A model generated the notes under the pieces. The model was not told the DNA's origin. It saw nothing but the letters and a program-made list of their open reading frames with translations, and made no database searches. DNA of 62,950 nucleotides, filler included, from Octopus bimaculoides (lineage: Eukaryota), in assembly GCF_001194135.2 (NCBI RefSeq). It is 6 parts of 6 records of this genome, joined end to end, with 100 filler letters (N's around TTAATTAATTAA, not from the genome) between each part and the next. Parts side by side here need not be neighbours in the genome. Positions count along the whole stretch, not along the records: positions 1 to 19,846 come from NC_068985.1; 5 more parts are not named here. One strand, given 5' to 3'. Positions 1 to 12,504 of this stretch are shown piece after piece (position 1 is the first letter of the stretch; every line of letters starts with the position of its first letter). Both the position numbers and the translations under genes were made by a program.

Positions 1-60
<60 letters not shown>
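1..60. repeat. (TG)n microsatellite, representative of dozens of (TG)n, (TA)n and (TACA)n tracts in the window
   Basis: Directly visible. Most N gaps are flanked by such tracts. Confidence 0.95.
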
Positions 61-66
<6 letters not shown>

Positions 67-217
67 TATGTGTATTTGTGTGTGTGCATGGTGCGTACAA
101 GATGTGTTGATACAAAATATACATTAAAAAGAAAGTGTAGAAGAACTAAAACGGTATTCGCCGATAATTTGCGCTGTTTGCACTATAATCCAGAGAAATG
201 GTTTTGAGGCTTTGTAG

Positions 218-303
218 AAACTGTTCGGGATATCAAGGGATCGAACTTTTCTTCCGATGGAAGAACAGCGGTTTTAGCTGGCGTCTTTCGTCAGAGACTT
301 CGA
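218..303 (+). CDS. Candidate internal exon of an unidentified gene
   Basis: TTTGTAG acceptor, open frame TVRDIKGSNFSSDGRTAVLAGVFRQRLR, GTAAGT donor at 304 (phase 0). No homology recognised. Confidence 0.22.
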
Positions 304-470
304 GTAAGTTAAAGGAGAACAAAAGCTGATCGAATGAGAAGTTAGCATGGAAGCGTCGAATTGGAGAATATATGATTAGAAACTGCAACTGGATACGAAC
401 AAATGGGCTTACATTAACGAAACTGAAATTCAGAGCATAGAAGTCTTTTCAAAGTTAGAAAATTGGAGGC

Positions 471-802
471 CATATTTGAGTTCGTTGATCAAAAGGTGGA
501 CGTATTTGAGTTCGTGGAAATAGGAGAACATCTGAGTTCGTTTGATCGAAGAGAGAACATATATGAGTTCGTTGACCAAAAGGTGAACGTAATTGAGTTC
601 GTTGATCAAAAGGAATACATAGTTGAGTTCGTTGAAATAGGACGACATATTGAGTTCGTTGATCAAAAGGTGGGCGTTAGTGAGTTCGTTGATCAAAAGT
701 AGAATATGTTTCAGTTCGCTGGTCAAAAAAAGGACATATTTGAGTTCGTTGATCAAAAAGAGGACATATTTGAGTTCGTTGATCAAAAATAGGACATATT
801 TG
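471..802. repeat. 30-bp minisatellite, about 11 units (consensus CATATTTGAGTTCGTTGATCAAAAGGAGGA-like)
   Basis: The GAGTTC-type core occurs at 478, 508, 534, 565, 595, 625, 652, 682, 712, 742 and 772. Confidence 0.9.
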
Positions 803-1086
803 TGACTGGCATCAGCTAATTGCCATGACCAGGTGACAAACTAAAATAGAAATACATTTCCAATGTTCAACATGTGAAAAATAAGATTACTCGCTCGAAC
901 CAATATGGCTGTTAAGATGAAGAGCGATCGAATTATTTAACAGCTGCGTAGAGATAAATTATTTGAGATCTGCTATTTGAGATCAAAGCTATAAATTAAA
1001 AACTAACCTATCGATATTCTCCACAATCTCGATGTCGTGAAACATCATAAATTCATACCGAAAGAATCCGCTTTTATCTTTCCCAG

Positions 1087-1311
1087 AAACATAGATGCTT
1101 CAGGTTTATGAAGTGGTACACGATTAGAAGACAGTCATCAGATGCTGCGTCTGATGAAAGCAACAAAACTGACAGAATGTGCTGCTCATGGGTAAAGTGC
1201 TTAACAAACAATTCAATCATTCCAACGAATGTTGCTTCTCCGAATTTAAGGCCGAAGTTCTCTGAATATATTTCACCCTGTCCATCAATACATCCCAAAC
1301 GCACAACGTAG
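1087..1311 (+). CDS. Candidate terminal exon of an unidentified gene
   Basis: Strong acceptor CTTTTATCTTTCCCAG. The phase-0 frame KHRCFRFMKWYTIRRQSSDAAS...PKRTT is open to the stop at 1311 and is phase-compatible with 218-303. No homology recognised. Confidence 0.22.
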   Translation, partial: KHRCFRFMKWYTIRRQSSDAASDESNKTDRMCCSWVKCLTNNSIIPTNVASPNLRPKFSEYISPCPSIHPKRTT

Positions 1312-1671
1312 TGTATGAGAACTGGATTGTAATTGAAGGGCCCCTCTGTCTTCCATGGTCAGTATGTATGTATGTATGTATGTATGTATTTATTTATTTA
1401 TGTATGTATGTATGTATGTGTGTATTATGTATGTATGTATGCAAACTTACTTGTAAATAGATACCTCGCGTTCAATTAAATAAATAATATATATGTATAT
1501 ATATATATTTATGTATGTATGTATGTATGTATGTATGTATATATATATGCATATATGGGTACAGGACATCACCAACTGTCCAAATAACATGAAATACGTA
1601 AACAAGCCAGGGAAAAACGAGTGAAAAACGTAAACAAAGAGAGTCATTTGACTGCGGCTATACTGGAGCAC

Positions 1672-1950
1672 CGTTTATTGAGCGAAAACACTTAAAGCAC
1701 CACGAGACTCCGGCAGGGGGTAGTAGCGAACCCTGCTGTACTCTTTCACCACAACTTTCTCTCACACTTTCTTCCTGTTTATGTTCTTCCTGTATTTCTT
1801 CCTGTGTCATGCTGAATCTCCCAGAAAACTACGTTAAGGGGACACGTGTCTGTGGAATGCTCAGTCACTTGCACGTTAATTTTATGAGCAGGCTATTCCG
1901 TTGATCGGATCAACTGGAACCCTCGTCGTGGTAACCGACGGAGTGCCACG
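1672..1950 (+). mobile_element. SINE family A, 5'-truncated
   Basis: Collinear with 9162-9452. Confidence 0.85.
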
Positions 1951-2139
1951 ACGTCGAAATGTGAATTTGTAATCCAGGGTATACAAGCTGAAGATTTCGA
2001 ACCAGTTGTCTATAGCTATTCTCTTCCTCATTGATTTTCGATTCAAACACAAGAACATATACATATATACATACATATATGCATGCATCCATTCATCCTT
2101 ACCTACATACATACATACATACATACAAACATACATACA

Positions 2140-2170
<31 letters not shown>

Positions 2171-2699
2171 GTTAGCATAAAGCTGAAAATCAGTGATAAA
2201 TAGATTACGCTGAACTATTGAGAAATCTGCAGTTACCAGTTATCCAGATTAGAAGTTCAGGTTTATACCTGTAATTATTGAGGCCCTGGGATATGTAACA
2301 CAATGCCTAAATACTAATCTTGAGAAATTAGGCTTCTCAAAACCCAAAAAGAGAATGCTAATTCGAAGACTACAGATCCAATTCATCACTGGAACTGTAA
2401 AAATCTGTAAAACTTTCCAAAAGTTTATCACTTAAATATATATGAATATGTCTAGATATGCATCTATATTCATGAGAATATAAACGTAAACCAAAACATA
2501 CTAATTTGCACGTAGACATACAAACATACATACAGACATAGAAACAAAAATACCCTTTTGTTGAGGGTGAAATTCCAGCGAAGGAGCCTTGGGTGTAGGT
2601 TAGAAACCGACTCTTTCTGTATTGGCAAGAAATCTTGAAATAAAGCTGAATAATGATACACATGATCAGCAGCTTCCCCACAATCTTTATGAGATGCTA

Positions 2700-3000
2700 C
2701 CTGACTCTGAGGTATGATGTAGTTGAAGACTATTTACAATTCTATCCGTAGGAAGGATTCCCCTGACGTATTGATGAAAGACATATGCGAACCAGCAGGT
2801 AATCTCTCCTTTAAAACAAAGAATATTGGCGGAACACCCCAGTAAAAATGTTATAGGTGCATTAGGTTATGTACCAACAAATTTGCATAAAATCCTAGAA
2901 GCATTCGGTTTCAAGCAAAAGGAGCAAAAGAAATTAACGTGGATTCTCCAAATCCAATCTATTGGTGGCACAATGAAGATTTGTGAGACATTCTAAAAAT
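2700..3000 (+). mobile_element. Restriction-like-endonuclease retroelement, 3' fragment
   Basis: VIGALGYVPTNLHKILEAFGF...LQIQSIGGTMKICETF. Confidence 0.45.
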
Positions 3001-3911
3001 TCTCCATCTGAGATTCATATGTGAATAGATGCACACACTTTGGGTGTATACATCGACAGTTCAAACAAAACACCAACTCAGTTACATATTTACAAAGAGC
3101 GGGAATTCTTTTAACTCAAAAAGCCTAGCGACCGGCTTGAACACTTTCAAAAACAACTTAAACTCAAAGAAAAATCATGCCTACATACATACAAACATAC
3201 ATAGAGATACAACAATATTCATTCAAATTACTGAAAATGTGTCAAATATGCAAATTCTGTTTTAGTTATAATCGCAAAACAGTGGCTTTAAATACAGCTT
3301 CGCAATGGCAGCTAACGGAGGAAAAACGGTTACAGATGAAATATGCAGATAGTTATAACGGCGCCGTACAGTCGCTCCCGCTTTTCTTGTCCACTGTGAG
3401 ATTGCATAGACATAACAGATATTTACGACAGTCTTATGTTTCTATAGAATCTATTTAATATACTAATGCAGTGACTGTAAAAATCTATGGATATAAAAAT
3501 GTTTTAGTGTGGTATACATACACATACTCACACACACACGTATAATTACATAGATCTTTTCCTGATAAATTCAACAGTACTTGAGAGTGATGTTTTCAAG
3601 GAAAGGTTTTTGGAAAAATTTAAGAATAAAATATTTTTTTAACGCTAAATATTTGTTTCTTTACCTGCAGAGTTGTATGAAACTCAACAAGAACCATCTA
3701 CATAAAATACATACGTACGTACGTACATACATACATACATACATACATACATACATACATACATACATACATACACACACATGAATACATACATAATACA
3801 TATATATATTAATACATACATACATACATACATACTTACATCGTACATACTTACATCATACATACATACGTTTATAAGAACGTATAGCAATACACACAAA
3901 CACATATCGTG

Positions 3912-4218
3912 AAGGCCCATGGCTTAGTGGTTGGGGCATTCGGCTCACGATCATAAGGTCGTGAGTTCAATTCCCGGTGACGCGTTGTGTCCTTGAGCAA
4001 GACACTTTATTTTACGTTGCTCCAGTCCACTCACCTGACAAAAATGAGTAGTACTTGTATTTCAAAGGGCCAGCCATGCCACACTCTGTGTCATGCTGAA
4101 TATCCCCGAGAACTACGTTAAGGGTACACGTGTCTGTGGAGGGCTCAGCCACTTGCCCGTTAATTTCACGAGCAGGCTGTTCCATTGATCGGATCTACTG
4201 GAACCCACGTCGTGGTAA
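3912..4218 (+). mobile_element. tRNA-headed SINE family C (GTGTCCTTGAGCAAGACACTT core) sharing its 3' half with family A
   Basis: A/B-box-like head and a CORE/V-like central motif. 4060-4215 matches 9285-9435. Confidence 0.85.
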
Positions 4219-4910
4219 ACTATTGAGTGGTCCTATATATAAGTATATGTGTGTGTGTGTGTGTGTGCATCTTTGTGTTTGTGCTTGCCCCACCCGCGCC
4301 ATCATCGCTTGACNNNNNNNNNNNNNNNNNNNNNNNNNNNNNNNNNNNNNNNNNNNNNNNNNNNNNNNNNNNNNNNNNNNNNNNNNNNNNNNNNNNNNNN
4401 NNNNNNNNNNNNNNNNNNNNNNNNNNNNNNNNNNNNNNNNNNNNNNNNNNNNNNNNNNNNNNNNNNNNNNNNNNNNNNNNNNNNNNNNNNNNNNNNNNNN
4501 NNNNNNNNNNNNNNNNNNNNNNNNNNNNNNNNNNNNNNNNNNNNNNNNNNNNNNNNNNNNNNNNNNNNNNNNNNNNNNNNNNNNNNNNNNNNNNNNNNNN
4601 NNNNNNNNNNNNNNNNNNNNNNNNNNNNNNNNNNNNNNNNNNNNNNNNNNNNNNNNNNNNNNNNNNNNNNNNNNNNNNNNNNNNNNNNNNNNNNNNNNNN
4701 NNNNNNNNNNNNNNNNNNNNNNNNNNNNNNNNNNNNNNNNNNNNNNNNNNNNNNNNNNNNNNNNNNNNNNNNNNNNNNNNNNNNNNNNNNNNNNNNNNNN
4801 NNNNNNNNNNNNNNNNNNNNNNNNNNNNNNNNNNNNNNNNNNNNNNNNNNNNNNNNNNNNNNNNNNNNNNNNNNNNNNNNNNNNNNNNNNNNNNNNNNNN
4901 NNNNNNNNNN

Positions 4911-4965
<55 letters not shown>

Positions 4966-5064
4966 CATCTTTGTGTTTGTGCTTGCCCCACCCGCGCCAT
5001 CATCGCTTGACAACCGGTTTTGGTGTGTTTACGTCCCTGCAATTTAGCGGTTCGGCCAGGAAGA

Positions 5065-5365
5065 CAAGATATGCTCCATTGTGGAAATCAGCAGCCCTCT
5101 GGACACCAATGTGGTTCGAAAACTACAAGAGAAAGATAATATCTATGAAACAATGAAAAGCAGTTCGCAAACCCAGAAGCTTAAGATACACTTTTAGCTT
5201 CATACCAATTATTATTGGAGCAACAGGTTACATTCCAATCCTATGGAGCAAAGTATGGCTGAAGCTGGAGTTTTGGTGAGAGAATGCAAATCCTTTATTT
5301 ATAAGCTACAAATGATCATGATATTTGTAACAATAAACAACTGCATGACCTTCTTAAGATCTAAA
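5065..5365 (+). mobile_element. Restriction-like-endonuclease retroelement, 3' fragment
   Basis: DKICSIVEISSPLDTNVVRKLQEKDNIY...FIPIIIGATGYIP. Confidence 0.55.
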
Positions 5366-6161
5366 GGACGATGGTTAAAACAAGATACTTTCTTTCACAA
5401 CCTTATTACCAAGTAAGTGGACGGTCAAGATTTACTTTAAATTGATAGAGAACATACATACATACATGTATACATACGTTAACCGTCTGTTGGAAAGTTT
5501 CTATGAAAGGTAAACGGAGACCAGTGTTTCTATACAACCACCTCATTTAATATATATTAATGCACATTAGTATATCAGTTTATGACGCAGTAAACATATA
5601 TTCTTACAAATCTTTTGAACACTCCACTGGCTTGTATGAATTCACTTAACAAAAGCAAAGTTATAATTCCGAGCTTTCGAAATCTTTCGAAAACAACAAT
5701 GGATTAATTTCACAAAATGAAAGAAAACAGATGAAGGTGAGATAAGTGGAAGAAGAAATGTTTAGATTTTTCGGTAGGATAACGAAAGAAGAATTCAATT
5801 CAAACATATTGCGACTGTCTAACGAAATATACATTTGTGAATGCTGCTGTTGTATCTCAAAATAAACGTTTTACAGACCTCCAGTAAAAGACTGCAACGC
5901 AATATATATCTGTAGTTTTGTTGGTGTTTGTACTGTAGTTGCTGAAGAAAGCATGTAGACACCCCACCCCCACCTCACATACATTTATGCTTTTACTCGT
6001 TTCAGTCATTGGACAGCAGTCATACTGGAGCAGCACCTTGAAAGACTTTGCAGATTAAATCAAACCCGGTATCAACTGGCAAGTTACGAGGTTGTAAACC
6101 AGCACAAAGACTCACACACAAACGACACACACACGTATATATGCTTGTATGCATTCATGTA

Positions 6162-6199
<38 letters not shown>

Positions 6200-6501
6200 C
6201 ATACATACATATATATNNNNNNNNNNNNNNNNNNNNNNNNNNNNNNNNNNNNNNNNNNNNNNNNNNNNNNNNNNNNNNNNNNNNNNNNNNNNNNNNNNNN
6301 NNNNNNNNNNNNNNNNNNNNNNNNNNNNNNNNNNNNNNNNNNNNNNNNNNNNNNNNNNNNNNNNNNNNNNNNNNNNNNNNNNNNNNNNNNNNNNNNNNNN
6401 NNNNNNNNNNNNNNNNNNNNNNNNNNNNNNNNNNNNNNNNNNNNNNNNNNNNNNNNNNNNNNNNNNNNNNNNNNNNNNNNNNNNNNNNNNNNNNNNNNNN
6501 A

Positions 6502-6533
<32 letters not shown>

Positions 6534-6724
6534 TAAACAATTTGGCTGATTGTTTCTCTGGAGACTGTCAGAATAATGTAGACGCCTCTTATGAGAATCC
6601 AATAATCCAATAAGGTTCGAAATTCGATTAAGGGTGTTAATCGTTTCTTCAATTTGCTGAGAAATGGCTAAAATTTGCCCTGTTTATAATCATTCCATAT
6701 GTTACATACACACACACACACAAA

Positions 6725-6975
6725 CATATATATCACGTAATCATGTGACTGACCAGGTCATCAGATGTTGTTACACATCACTGGTCATGATGCACATTTT
6801 TACATTGTTTTAACCTTCAAATGACGCCATCCCGCTGGCTAAGCGAGCAGGCCAACAATCCACCCCTCTGATCGAAGGGGACTGGAGCAAAGTGAAATGA
6901 TGTGTTTTGCTCAAGAACACAACGCACCGCCCAGTCAGGGAATCGAACCCGCGATCTAGCGATCGTGAGAGCTAT
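6725..6975 (-). mobile_element. SINE with the family C head and core but a different 3' part
   Basis: Reverse complement contains GTTGTGTTCTTGAGCAAAACAC...TTGCTCCAGTCC. Confidence 0.7.
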
Positions 6976-7379
6976 AGCGTTCACACATGCACACACATGT
7001 GTGTGTGTGTTGTATACATGATGGGCTTCTGTAGTTTCCTTCGACCAAGTTATGGCAGACGACTCTTACCGAAGGGTTCCAGCAGTGAGACTGAATCCCT
7101 CCAATCAACCCCACCCCCCACAAAAAAAAACAGCAAAAAAAAAACAGTCTGAGTAAAGTCTGCAATTTGCTTTCGATTCTCAATTGTAGTTCCGTCAAAT
7201 AATTTACACTTATAGTGGCGTTTTCTCATTCATGACTCCTTTGACTGGACAGGACTGAGTTAATCCCCAATTCATAAGAACCTCTGGTATTGATTCTGTA
7301 AATAAGTGACTCTTTTAGTCAAGTTGGATACTAAATATTGTTTTTAAATTTTGACATATGGTCAGCAGGTTCGGAGGAG

Positions 7380-7552
7380 ATGAAAGTCAATTACATCGAC
7401 CCCAGCGCTCAACTGGTGCTTATTTTATAAACCCCGAAACGATGAAAGGCAAAGTCGACCTCGGCGGAATTTGAACTCAGAACGTAAAGATAGGCGAAAT
7501 GCTGCTAAGCATATTGCCCGGCGTGCTAACGTTTCTGCCAGTGCGCTGCCTT
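7380..7552 (-). mobile_element. SINE family B
   Basis: ATGAAAGGCAAAGTCGACCTCGGCGGAATTTGAACTCAGAACGTAA. Confidence 0.85.
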
Positions 7553-8051
7553 AACAAATGGAACAGAACATTCGAATGGATCAGAACCAATGTGACAACA
7601 AGTCTCCATTCATTTCAGTATAATAAGATACTGTGCTCTCAAAACTTCACATGAAAAAAATATTGCCAAAATATCCTAATTCCTGGTACGGACAAACAAT
7701 TTGGTGTTTAAAATGCGACAGGCTTTCTTTGGGCGGAAGTTATTGCAGACGAGGTTTTCGGCATTTGCCTGAGTGAAAAGTTATTGCATTTTCCCAATAA
7801 CACAATATTGCGGTGGTGTTGGAGTGAAGCTAAATAGAAAGGGAGAATCCGATAGAAGATTTGTTTTGGTACAAAATAATAAAGACTGAACAAAACATCT
7901 GTAGTCGTATTAGAGATACCTCACTTACTATATTAGGAGACACAACCACAGAAGGCTTTTGAGTAGAAAATAGTGAAGCAATACTCGCTTTTATAAACAA
8001 GACAAGAATATTGCAAAGCAAACATCATCTTAAAATTTTAGCATCCAATAT

Positions 8052-8272
8052 GTTCTTTTCTACTCTAGGCGCAAGGCCCGAAATTTTTGGGGAGGGGGCC
8101 AGTCGATTAGATCGATCTCAGTACAGAATTGGTACTTAATTTAATTTATCGACCTCGATAGAATGAAAGGCAAAGTCGACCTCGGTGGAATTTGAACTCA
8201 CAACGTAAAGACAGACGAAATACCGCTAAGCATTACACGCAGAGTGCTAACGATTCTGTCAGCTCACCGCCT
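8052..8272 (-). mobile_element. SINE family B, full length
   Basis: Reverse complement collinear with 12739-12955. Confidence 0.88.
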
Positions 8273-9063
8273 TCAGAAATCGATATTCCAGAGCAGAATA
8301 TTGACTAGTTAGAATCTGAGTGATTTCACTTTTAAATTTCGATATAAACACTTCGGGTTTGCCCCAAACTAATCAGAATATTAGAGAATAATGATTAACT
8401 ACTTTTAAAAGTCGCTCAAACAAAGAATAAATCACTTAATTTTACCAACTGTAACTCTGTCTGAAATTTGATCATGAACCAAGTAAAAGAACTCCCAGAG
8501 GGTATGAAATCCTATACATAGCAGGGCATACTTCTCTTTGCTTAACAACTACAATATATAACATGTCTTATTAAGTCAGACTAGATAAATGTCAATCATT
8601 TCTATTTCGCTTTCCGTTTCATCGATCGCTATTGTGCAGCAAATGACAGTGGAATGTTTAATAAGGTTTTCAAGTAAATATAGCCTGAAGAATTAGAAGT
8701 AGAATTATCAACCAACACAAAGAACTCTGTTCCATTCGTGAATGTAGCTACACATAATATATTTAGACAACAGCTATATATATATATATATATTATCCAC
8801 AAATTGTGGATAATGTATACTTTTTGTAGCAACACAGGCCTCGTTTCTCTGGCAATTTAGCCGAAACCTTTCACAATGAATCTTCTTGCATACAAAAGGT
8901 TAGGTTCTAGAGTGGCTGATGATAATCCAAACAGCTACTGAAGCTATTTCGAATTAAAACTAACAAGTGGCGTGAATATTAAATGTAACTAAATGCAGTA
9001 CATATTCAGGCAGAAACTGTCACTAATGCACTGCGGTGGTTCAATGGGCCTTTAATTGTAGAT

Positions 9064-9475
9064 AGACCATTCTCCGTGAAGGCGCAATGGCCCAGTGGTT
9101 AGGGCTGCGGATTCGCGGTCATAGGATCGCGGTTTCGATTCCAAGACCGGGCGTTGTGAATGTTTATTGAGCGAAAACACCTAAAGCTCCACGAGGCTCC
9201 GGCAGGGGATGGTGGCGAACCCTGCTGTACTGTTTCACCGCAACTTTCTCGCACTCTTACTTCCTGTTTCTGTTGTGCCTGTAATTCAAAGGGTCAGCCA
9301 TGTCACACTGTGTCACGCTGAATATCCATGAGAACTACGTTAAGGGTACACGTGTCTGTGGAGTGCTCAGCCACTTGCACGTTAATTTCACGAGCAGGCT
9401 GTTCCGTTGATCGGATCAACTGGAACCCTCGTCGTTGTAAGCGACGGAGTGCCAACAACAACAAGACCATTCTCC
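9064..9475 (+). mobile_element. Full-length tRNA-headed SINE (family A) with target-site duplication
   Basis: Head AGGCGCAATGGCCCAGTGGTTAGG...GGTTTCGATTCC (A/B-box-like), (CAA)n tail, and a perfect 12-bp TSD AGACCATTCTCC at 9064 and 9464. Confidence 0.9.
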
Positions 9476-10822
9476 ATAGTGTTTCGATATGTCTGCAGTT
9501 CAAAGACTGTGATAAGTGAAAGAGTAAAAGATCAATTCTTAGCCGATTCGCGTAGTGAGGTAAGATTTACAACCTCCGCTATAAAGGGTGCTAGTCTTTC
9601 ACAGGTAAACTTTACTATCTTCCTGGTACCTGCAACGATTAGTTGAACATAGGCTCTCCATATAATATAGCGTCTTGCATTGAGACAGAACTTACAGCAA
9701 TAAATTAGAATTCGAACTTATGAACTGTATGCCGGCAGTTTGATACCATATTAATTCAGTGATTTCTCTTAAAGAAGAAAGCACAAAGGTTGAAATTGTC
9801 AGGTTCCAATTCAAATATCGAGGAGGTTAGCTGTTTGAATCTCACTCACTATCGCTGCTTTTGTTTTAATAGTCGTGACTATTTAACTCAGCGTAGATAT
9901 TACGAACAAAGTCATTCACTGCTGTAAGCAGCGGTAACAGCTTTGAGTTGGTTTCTGTAACTATCTCCCTAAAATACAGACCCTTTGGGTCTTGGGGTCA
10001 CTGATGGCCTACAATTACACGAACAGCATTCGTCCATTTATTCTATACATTTGAGGCTTCATGTTGTAGCAAGAACAAAGTTTTAAACGCAAATAGATAA
10101 TGCAATTGTTAATGTTTAGCCGAAGTCAACTCTGATAGAGAAAACCTTTGATTAAAGGAGGTCTCACCGTGACCTCCTGTTTTTGTTTTCCGGCACAGTG
10201 TATATAGGACAACAATATCTAATGTACCTTTTCAGTTTTAAGACGACCGCTATGATATGAAAGAAATTTGTGAATTATTTTTAGCAGGTCGAGTGACAAT
10301 ATAAGAACTCCTTTAAGGAGAAAAAGTAGATAAATATGTTAATGCATTACAATATTTAAAAATACAATTTATGGACAATTAACCTGATCAGTGGCGAGGA
10401 AATATTAAAAATCAATATTAGCATTTAAAAGTGGATAGTTAGAACTGATAGATCAACAGAGTAAAAGCTTCTGTAGTATTTAGCTATGAATCATGTATTC
10501 TGCATTCGAAGTAACTGACCGTTTCATTGATAGAATGAGAACTTGTCAGTACTGAGGCCGCTATATTCGACTGTTTCTTCATCTCCCGTAACTAAAATTC
10601 ATGACGTTCTGATTAAATTACAAATCAGTGCTAACACGTTAACAGGGTCTTTCGGTTATGGTTGACCACATACAGACTGAGGATTCTGTTCCTAAACTGT
10701 GAGTTCACATTTGCTCGGACGTGAATAGCTTTAATGCAACGAATTCATACTGAGGGCTTATATATCTAAACTAAAAGTGATGACTGAAATAAAAATTGCG
10801 GGTTCGAATCCATCCGGGTAAT

Positions 10823-10905
10823 GTATGTATGTATGTATGTATGTATGTATGTATGTATGTATGTATGTATGTCACGAGTGGACGGCCATCATGTATGTAT
10901 GTATG

Positions 10906-10964
<59 letters not shown>

Positions 10965-10965
10965 A
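10823..10965. repeat. Compound (ATGT)n / (ATCT)n microsatellite
   Basis: Directly visible. Confidence 0.95.
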
Positions 10966-11996
10966 AAGATATCTTACGAAAGTGACTTCGACATTTCAAC
11001 GATTCTCAGCCTCATCCGACAGCTGAGATCGACGACCAGAGAAACTTTGAAATCAATAAAATTATTATCAAAAATGTCTGACGATAAATTTATAGTCAGT
11101 CCTTCTCCTTCAGCTAAAATCCTCTGTTTTACGCATATAAAAACAATTTTACACAGACACACGCATATATACATATGTGTAAATTGTGATATATTGATAT
11201 ATGTATAAATTGTGTGTATATACATACTTTATATANNNNNNNNNNNNNNNNNNNNNNNNNNNNNNNNNNNNNNNNNNNNNNNNNNNNNNNNNNNNNNNNN
11301 NNNNNNNNNNNNNNNNNNNNNNNNNNNNNNNNNNNNNNNNNNNNNNNNNNNNNNNNNNNNNNNNNNNNNNNNNNNNNNNNNNNNNNNNNNNNNNNNNNNN
11401 NNNNNNNNNNNNNNNNNNNNNNNNNNNNNNNNNNNNNNNNNNNNNNNNNNNNNNNNNNNNNNNNNNNNNNNNNNNNNNNNNNNNNNNNNNNNNNNNNNNN
11501 NNNNNNNNNNNNNNNNNNNNNNNNNNNNNNNNNNNNNNNNNNNNNNNNNNNNNNNNNNNNNNNNNNNNNNNNNNNNNNNNNNNNNNNNNNNNNNNNNNNN
11601 NNNNNNNNNNNNNNNNNNNNNNNNNNNNNNNNNNNNNNNNNNNNNNNNNNNNNNNNNNNNNNNNNNNNNNNNNNNNNNNNNNNNNNNNNNNNNNNNNNNN
11701 NNNNNNNNNNNNNNNNNNNNNNNNNNNNNNNNNNNNNNNNNNNNNNNNNNNNNNNNNNNNNNNNNNNNNNNNNNNNNNNNNNNNNNNNNNNNNNNNNNNN
11801 NNNNNNNNNNNNNNNNNNNNNNNNNNNNNNNNNNNNNNNNNNNNNNNNNNNNNNNNNNNNNNNNNNNNNNNNNNNNNNNNNNNNNNNNNNNNNNNNNNNN
11901 NNNNNNNNNNNNNNNNNNNNNNNNNNNNNNNNNNNNNNNNNNNNNNNNNNNNNNNNNNNNNNNNNNNNNNNNNNNNNNNNNNNNNNNNNNNNNNNN

Positions 11997-12064
<68 letters not shown>

Positions 12065-12504
12065 CGTGAGAGGAGAGGGGCTAAAATCAGTCGACAATAG
12101 CAAAGACCATGGGCCACATAAACAATGTGTGGTAAGAAGTTAGCTTCCCACCCACATAGTTCAAGGTTCAGTCCCACTCTTTGCACACACGCACACACGC
12201 ACATATACACACACACACACACACATGCACACAAACATATACACATACACACACATGCACGCACACACATATACACACACATACACACACACACACGCAC
12301 ATACGCACAAACATACACACAGACATACGCACACGCACATCCGCATAAGTATGTACGTATGTATGTATGTATGTATGTATGTATGTATGTATGTGTGTGT
12401 GTATGAATGTGTGTGTGTGTGTGTGTGTTTGTGTGTGTGTCTTTTTGTGTCTACACTTGTCAAGTATTGGTGAAGACAAGCGTAGACGCAATAGTCTTGT
12501 TTAA

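Noticed and set aside
220-280. RDIKGSN...SSDGR resembling a kinase catalytic loop
   Set aside because: The His of HRD and the DFG motif are absent and the spacing is too short.
471-802. Regularly spaced repeats resembling a CRISPR array
   Set aside because: The variable parts are only ~10 nt and related to each other, there are no cas genes, and the context is eukaryotic.
1134-1160. TCATCAGA/TCTGATGA hairpin containing CTGATGA as a hammerhead
   Set aside because: There is no stem II-GAAA-NUH downstream; it is only an 8-bp inverted repeat.
7580-8040. Possible HERO/NeSL-type retroelement relic (KLLHFP...WSEAK)
   Set aside because: The similarity is limited to a few residues and cannot be supported without a search.
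9080-9150. tRNA-like sequence (also at 3912, 49800-49868 and 61569)
   Set aside because: These are SINE heads: they continue into repeat bodies with tails or a TSD, and I could not build a complete cloverleaf.
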